Shown piece by piece: positions 61,012 through 64,000 of a DNA stretch of 64,000 nt (positions within the stretch are counted from its first letter, which is position 1; each line of letters starts with the position of its first letter). The notes below the pieces were generated by a model. That model worked only from the letters and a program-made list of their open reading frames with translations. It made no database searches and had not been told where the DNA came from. The position numbers were made by a program, and so were the translations under genes. The stretch comes from Candidatus Latescibacterota bacterium (GTDB taxonomy: Bacteria; Latescibacterota; UBA2968; UBA8231), in NCBI GenBank assembly GCA_965248265.1, contig CBDFJF010000002.1, positions 832,001 to 896,000 of the forward strand. The letters run 5' to 3'.

Positions 61012-62745
61012 TCAGCCCGCTTCGGCTTCGCGCACGGTCAGCCTGGATCCTGAGGGCACTGCTGTGAGCCGGCTGACCTTGCCCGAAGGCCAGTAGACGA
61101 CAATCTCGTCTGCCTGTTTGGCGGAGCCGATGCCGAAGGTCATCGTCTTCGCCGACTGCGAACAATACGAGTGCGCGGCCCGCGTCCACGCCGTCTGCAC
61201 ATCGCCGCTCACGTCGACCGTGATGCGAGCCCCGTAACCGTCTGGGTTTGAACCGGCGCCGCCGACCAGGTCCAGGTGAATGGCCTGACGTCCGTCAGCG
61301 CCATCGTTGCGAAACAGCCTGGCCGGTCCGTCCTTGGTGGTTACCAGCACATCGAGGTCGCCGTCGCCATCGAAATCAGCCGTCGCCGCACCACGCGCGA
61401 CGATGGGCTCACTCAACGCCGCACTCTGTGGGGCCACGTCATCGAAGCGTCCGGTACCCAGGTTGCGGAACAGATGCGGGGCCTGCTCGTAGGTGACCCG
61501 TTCCTGCACCTTGTGGATCTCGTCTTCGACATGGCCGTTGGCGACGAAGATGTCCGGGAAGCCGTCGAGGTCGAAGTCGAAGAAGAAGGTCGCGAACGCC
61601 AACGTCAGTAAGGATTGGCGCCCCACGGCTGAGGTCGGTGCCGAATCGATGAAAAAGCCAGCGCCTTCATTGTCATAAATGGCCAGCATCTCGTTGGAAA
61701 AGTTGCCGACCACGAGGCTGGGCTTGCCCGAACGATCGAAGTCGGCGATGTCGACCCCCATGGCGCCGCGGGCGACACCAGCCTCGTCGAAGGCGACGCC
61801 CGCCATCATACCCTGCTCGCTGAAGGTGCCGTCCCGTTCATTGCGAAACAGGAAATTGGGTTGGGTGTCGTTGGCGACGAAGACATCGTCAAAGCCGTCC
61901 CCGTCATAATCGAAACAGACGATCCCCAACGCCTTGCCGGTGGCGTCGAGAATGCCTGCTGATTCCGTCACATCGGCGAAGCCGGCCTCGCCGTCGTTGC
62001 GGAAGAGCCTTGACGTAGCGCCTGGGTAGACCTCGGGAGTGCAGTAAGATTTATTGACGCCATCCAGAGCGCAGAAAATGTCCGTCTCCGGGGTCCATTC
62101 GACGTAGTTGAGGGTGAACAGGTCGAGGTCGCCGTCGCGGTCGAAGTCGAACCAGGACGCCGATGAACCGAAGCCATCGTCGTCGACGCCAAGATCTCCA
62201 GCAACATCGACGAATCTGCCACTGTCGTTGCGATACAGCCGATTGCGCCCCAGAGTAGTGATATAGAGGTCCGGGTCGCCGTCCGCGTCGTAGTCGCCGT
62301 AGGTCACTCCCATGCTGTAAGCAGGATCAGCAAGACCCGCGGCAACGGTGATGTCTACGAAGCGCCCGCCATCGTTTCTGAACAGGGCCATGGACTGGCG
62401 TCTGGAGGTGGTGTGTCCGGAGAAGTCGTTTCCGGAGAGCAACAGGGCGTCGGGATCACCGTCAAGATCGTAGTCGACGAATGCGCACCCGGAGCCCATG
62501 GTCTCGGGCAGCCATTTCTGGCCGAAGGCGCCAGTGTTGTGGACGAAGTCGATGCCGAGTTCCAAAGCCACTTCCGTGAAGACGACGGGCGTCGTCTGAG
62601 CCGGAGCGGGATCCGGCGAGGCGGGTGGCTCTGACTCGCGTAGACCCTCGCCGCATCCGGTTGCGATCAAAGCGGCGAGCAGCACCATGGCACGCCGGAG
62701 CAGCAAGCTGGCGCACCGGTAGTCGTCAAGACCCCGCACGGCCAT
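61012..62745 (-). CDS. CRTAC1/ASPIC-UnbV family FG-GAP repeat protein (probable lipoprotein)
   Basis: LIATGC lipobox-like motif, PETMGSG, many DxDxDGDxD/LFRN repeats, C-terminal SYCSQ...FGIG...WPSG. Confidence 0.9.
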   Translation of the reverse strand: MAVRGLDDYRCASLLLRRAMVLLAALIATGCGEGLRESEPPASPDPAPAQTTPVVFTEVALELGIDFVHNTGAFGQKWLPETMGSGCAFVDYDLDGDPDALLLSGNDFSGHTTSRRQSMALFRNDGGRFVDITVAAGLADPAYSMGVTYGDYDADGDPDLYITTLGRNRLYRNDSGRFVDVAGDLGVDDDGFGSSASWFDFDRDGDLDLFTLNYVEWTPETDIFCALDGVNKSYCTPEVYPGATSRLFRNDGEAGFADVTESAGILDATGKALGIVCFDYDGDGFDDVFVANDTQPNFLFRNERDGTFSEQGMMAGVAFDEAGVARGAMGVDIADFDRSGKPSLVVGNFSNEMLAIYDNEGAGFFIDSAPTSAVGRQSLLTLAFATFFFDFDLDGFPDIFVANGHVEDEIHKVQERVTYEQAPHLFRNLGTGRFDDVAPQSAALSEPIVARGAATADFDGDGDLDVLVTTKDGPARLFRNDGADGRQAIHLDLVGGAGSNPDGYGARITVDVSGDVQTAWTRAAHSYCSQSAKTMTFGIGSAKQADEIVVYWPSGKVSRLTAVPSGSRLTVREAEAG

Positions 62746-64000
62746 CCTCGATATTTCCTTTATAAACCTGTTTGTCATGACTCTGTTTGCCCGACTTGTC
62801 CGGTTCCATTCTCGTCGGTCGTACGGTTTCGGCTTCAACCGGTCCAAGGTAGCGGTCAGCACCTTCACCCGCTTCGATCAACCGTTGTCCACGCTCGATT
62901 ACCCTTCGCGCGTACTCTGCAGCCTGGCCCGGCAAGACCACGTGTGGGTCGCCGTCGCGCCGGCGCAACTCGATCTCTCTGGCGATCATCTGTGGCGACA
63001 CCGAAATCTGCTCGTGGATGCGCTGGCGCATGCGATTGTCGTCGGGATTGTCGCGCAGGTAGGGGCCCAGAATCATCTGTGCATCTTCGTCGGCCTTGAA
63101 GCGCTCGTATAGCCGGCGCTCGGCATCGGCCTTGTCGTTCTCTCCGAGACCCCGATAACACAACATCAGATTGTAATGTGCCATCAAATCCTCGGGGTCG
63201 ATGGAGATGACGTGCTGCAATTCCTCCACCGCGTCGGCGAACCGTCGCTGCAAAAACAGAATGCGACCGATGCCGTTGCGGACGACGCGATCGCGAGGAT
63301 ACTGCTCTGCGGCCCGCCGCATGTGCTCGAGGGCGTTGTCGTACTGGCCCTGTTCCTTGAGGACGACGCCGAGGAAGTAATGTGACTTAGCCAGGTTGGG
63401 ATCGATTGTCAGTGACTGGTCCAACGCCGTCGCGGCCTCTTCGAGTAATCCCTCCCTCAACGCCACCCGGGCACGGTTGACCCAGCCGTCCGCGTACGCC
63501 GGGTCGAGGTCCGTAACCCTGGTGAAGGCACGACGGGCTCCCTGCAGATCACCCTGGCGCAGCAAGCCGATGCCGAAATCGTTCCAGCGTCCACGGTCGA
63601 GCTGCTGGCCCGCGGGCGACGCGTTGGTGGAGGCCGCACCGGAGTCGACGACTCGAAGTTGGAGGGTGTCCAACGCCATGACGACGATCGGCAGGGCCGG
63701 GACCTCGCGCACCTGAGCGGAGACGTCACCGGGCACCGTGCCGAAAACGAATTCACGGTCGTCGTAATCCCGGGTGACCCGATCGATTCCGGGACCAGCC
63801 GCTGCCGGCTCTCCCGGCGCCGGCACTCCTGAGAACGAGAAGTGGGTGTTGAAGTGGGTGAACTTTCGGTAGTTGAGGCGCGCTTCCAGCGTGAGCACGT
63901 CGCCGCAGTCCTCGGGGATGGCCAGCCGGAAATGGGCGACATCGGCGGCTCCAGGCGGGATCAGGTTGATCCACGCCGCCGTGCGCGCGGCGAAGGCGTT
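62726..64000 (-). CDS. TPR-containing protein, 5' part lies beyond the window
   Basis: Frame open to the window edge (LIPPGAADVAHFRL..ARLNYRKF); RWNDFGIGLL, several TPRs, IDPEDLMAHYNL. Confidence 0.82.
   Translation of the reverse strand, partial: NAFAARTAAWINLIPPGAADVAHFRLAIPEDCGDVLTLEARLNYRKFTHFNTHFSFSGVPAPGEPAAAGPGIDRVTRDYDDREFVFGTVPGDVSAQVREVPALPIVVMALDTLQLRVVDSGAASTNASPAGQQLDRGRWNDFGIGLLRQGDLQGARRAFTRVTDLDPAYADGWVNRARVALREGLLEEAATALDQSLTIDPNLAKSHYFLGVVLKEQGQYDNALEHMRRAAEQYPRDRVVRNGIGRILFLQRRFADAVEELQHVISIDPEDLMAHYNLMLCYRGLGENDKADAERRLYERFKADEDAQMILGPYLRDNPDDNRMRQRIHEQISVSPQMIAREIELRRRDGDPHVVLPGQAAEYARRVIERGQRLIEAGEGADRYLGPVEAETVRPTRMEPDKSGKQSHDKQVYKGNIEDGRAGS

Noticed and set aside
1-64000. 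CRISPR arrays, tRNA/rRNA genes, transposases, integrases and phage genes
   Set aside because: No regularly spaced direct repeats, RNA-gene signatures or mobile-element motifs recognised by eye.

Overview
GC-rich, gene-dense chromosome segment from a diderm bacterium (TolC, Omp85-family and other beta-barrel genes). The gene content resembles Latescibacterota/Gemmatimonadota/Acidobacteriota-type genomes, but that is inference only. Contents in order: two tandem gamma-glutamyltransferase-like genes, an SF1 helicase, an MFS transporter, type II NADH dehydrogenase, a DRE-TIM aldolase plus a divergent IlvC, a glycosyltransferase and heparinase II/III-type lyase, an RND-MFP-TolC efflux operon, a cold-shock gene, an HTTM/vitamin K-dependent carboxylase homologue, a triple-Rid-domain protein, an ~11 kb sigma54/two-component signalling cluster, a five-gene DUF11 surface-protein operon, purM and several catabolic or envelope genes. 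Most notable is the DUF11 operon (38956-51530). Its subunits appear to have split domains: C-terminal domains lacking their Asn-bearing strands, and N-terminal segments matching those missing strands. This suggests a tip/chaperone/shaft/base/outer-membrane-barrel pilus assembled by donor-strand complementation, with intermolecular Lys-Asn isopeptide bonds. Second, three sigma54 promoters share a new candidate enhancer motif (GTTGNCAAC-N4-GTTGNCAAC) and IHF-like sites. Several decayed gene remnants and two lesions are present. No rRNA, tRNA, CRISPR array or transposase was seen. All calls are by eye; no database searches were run.
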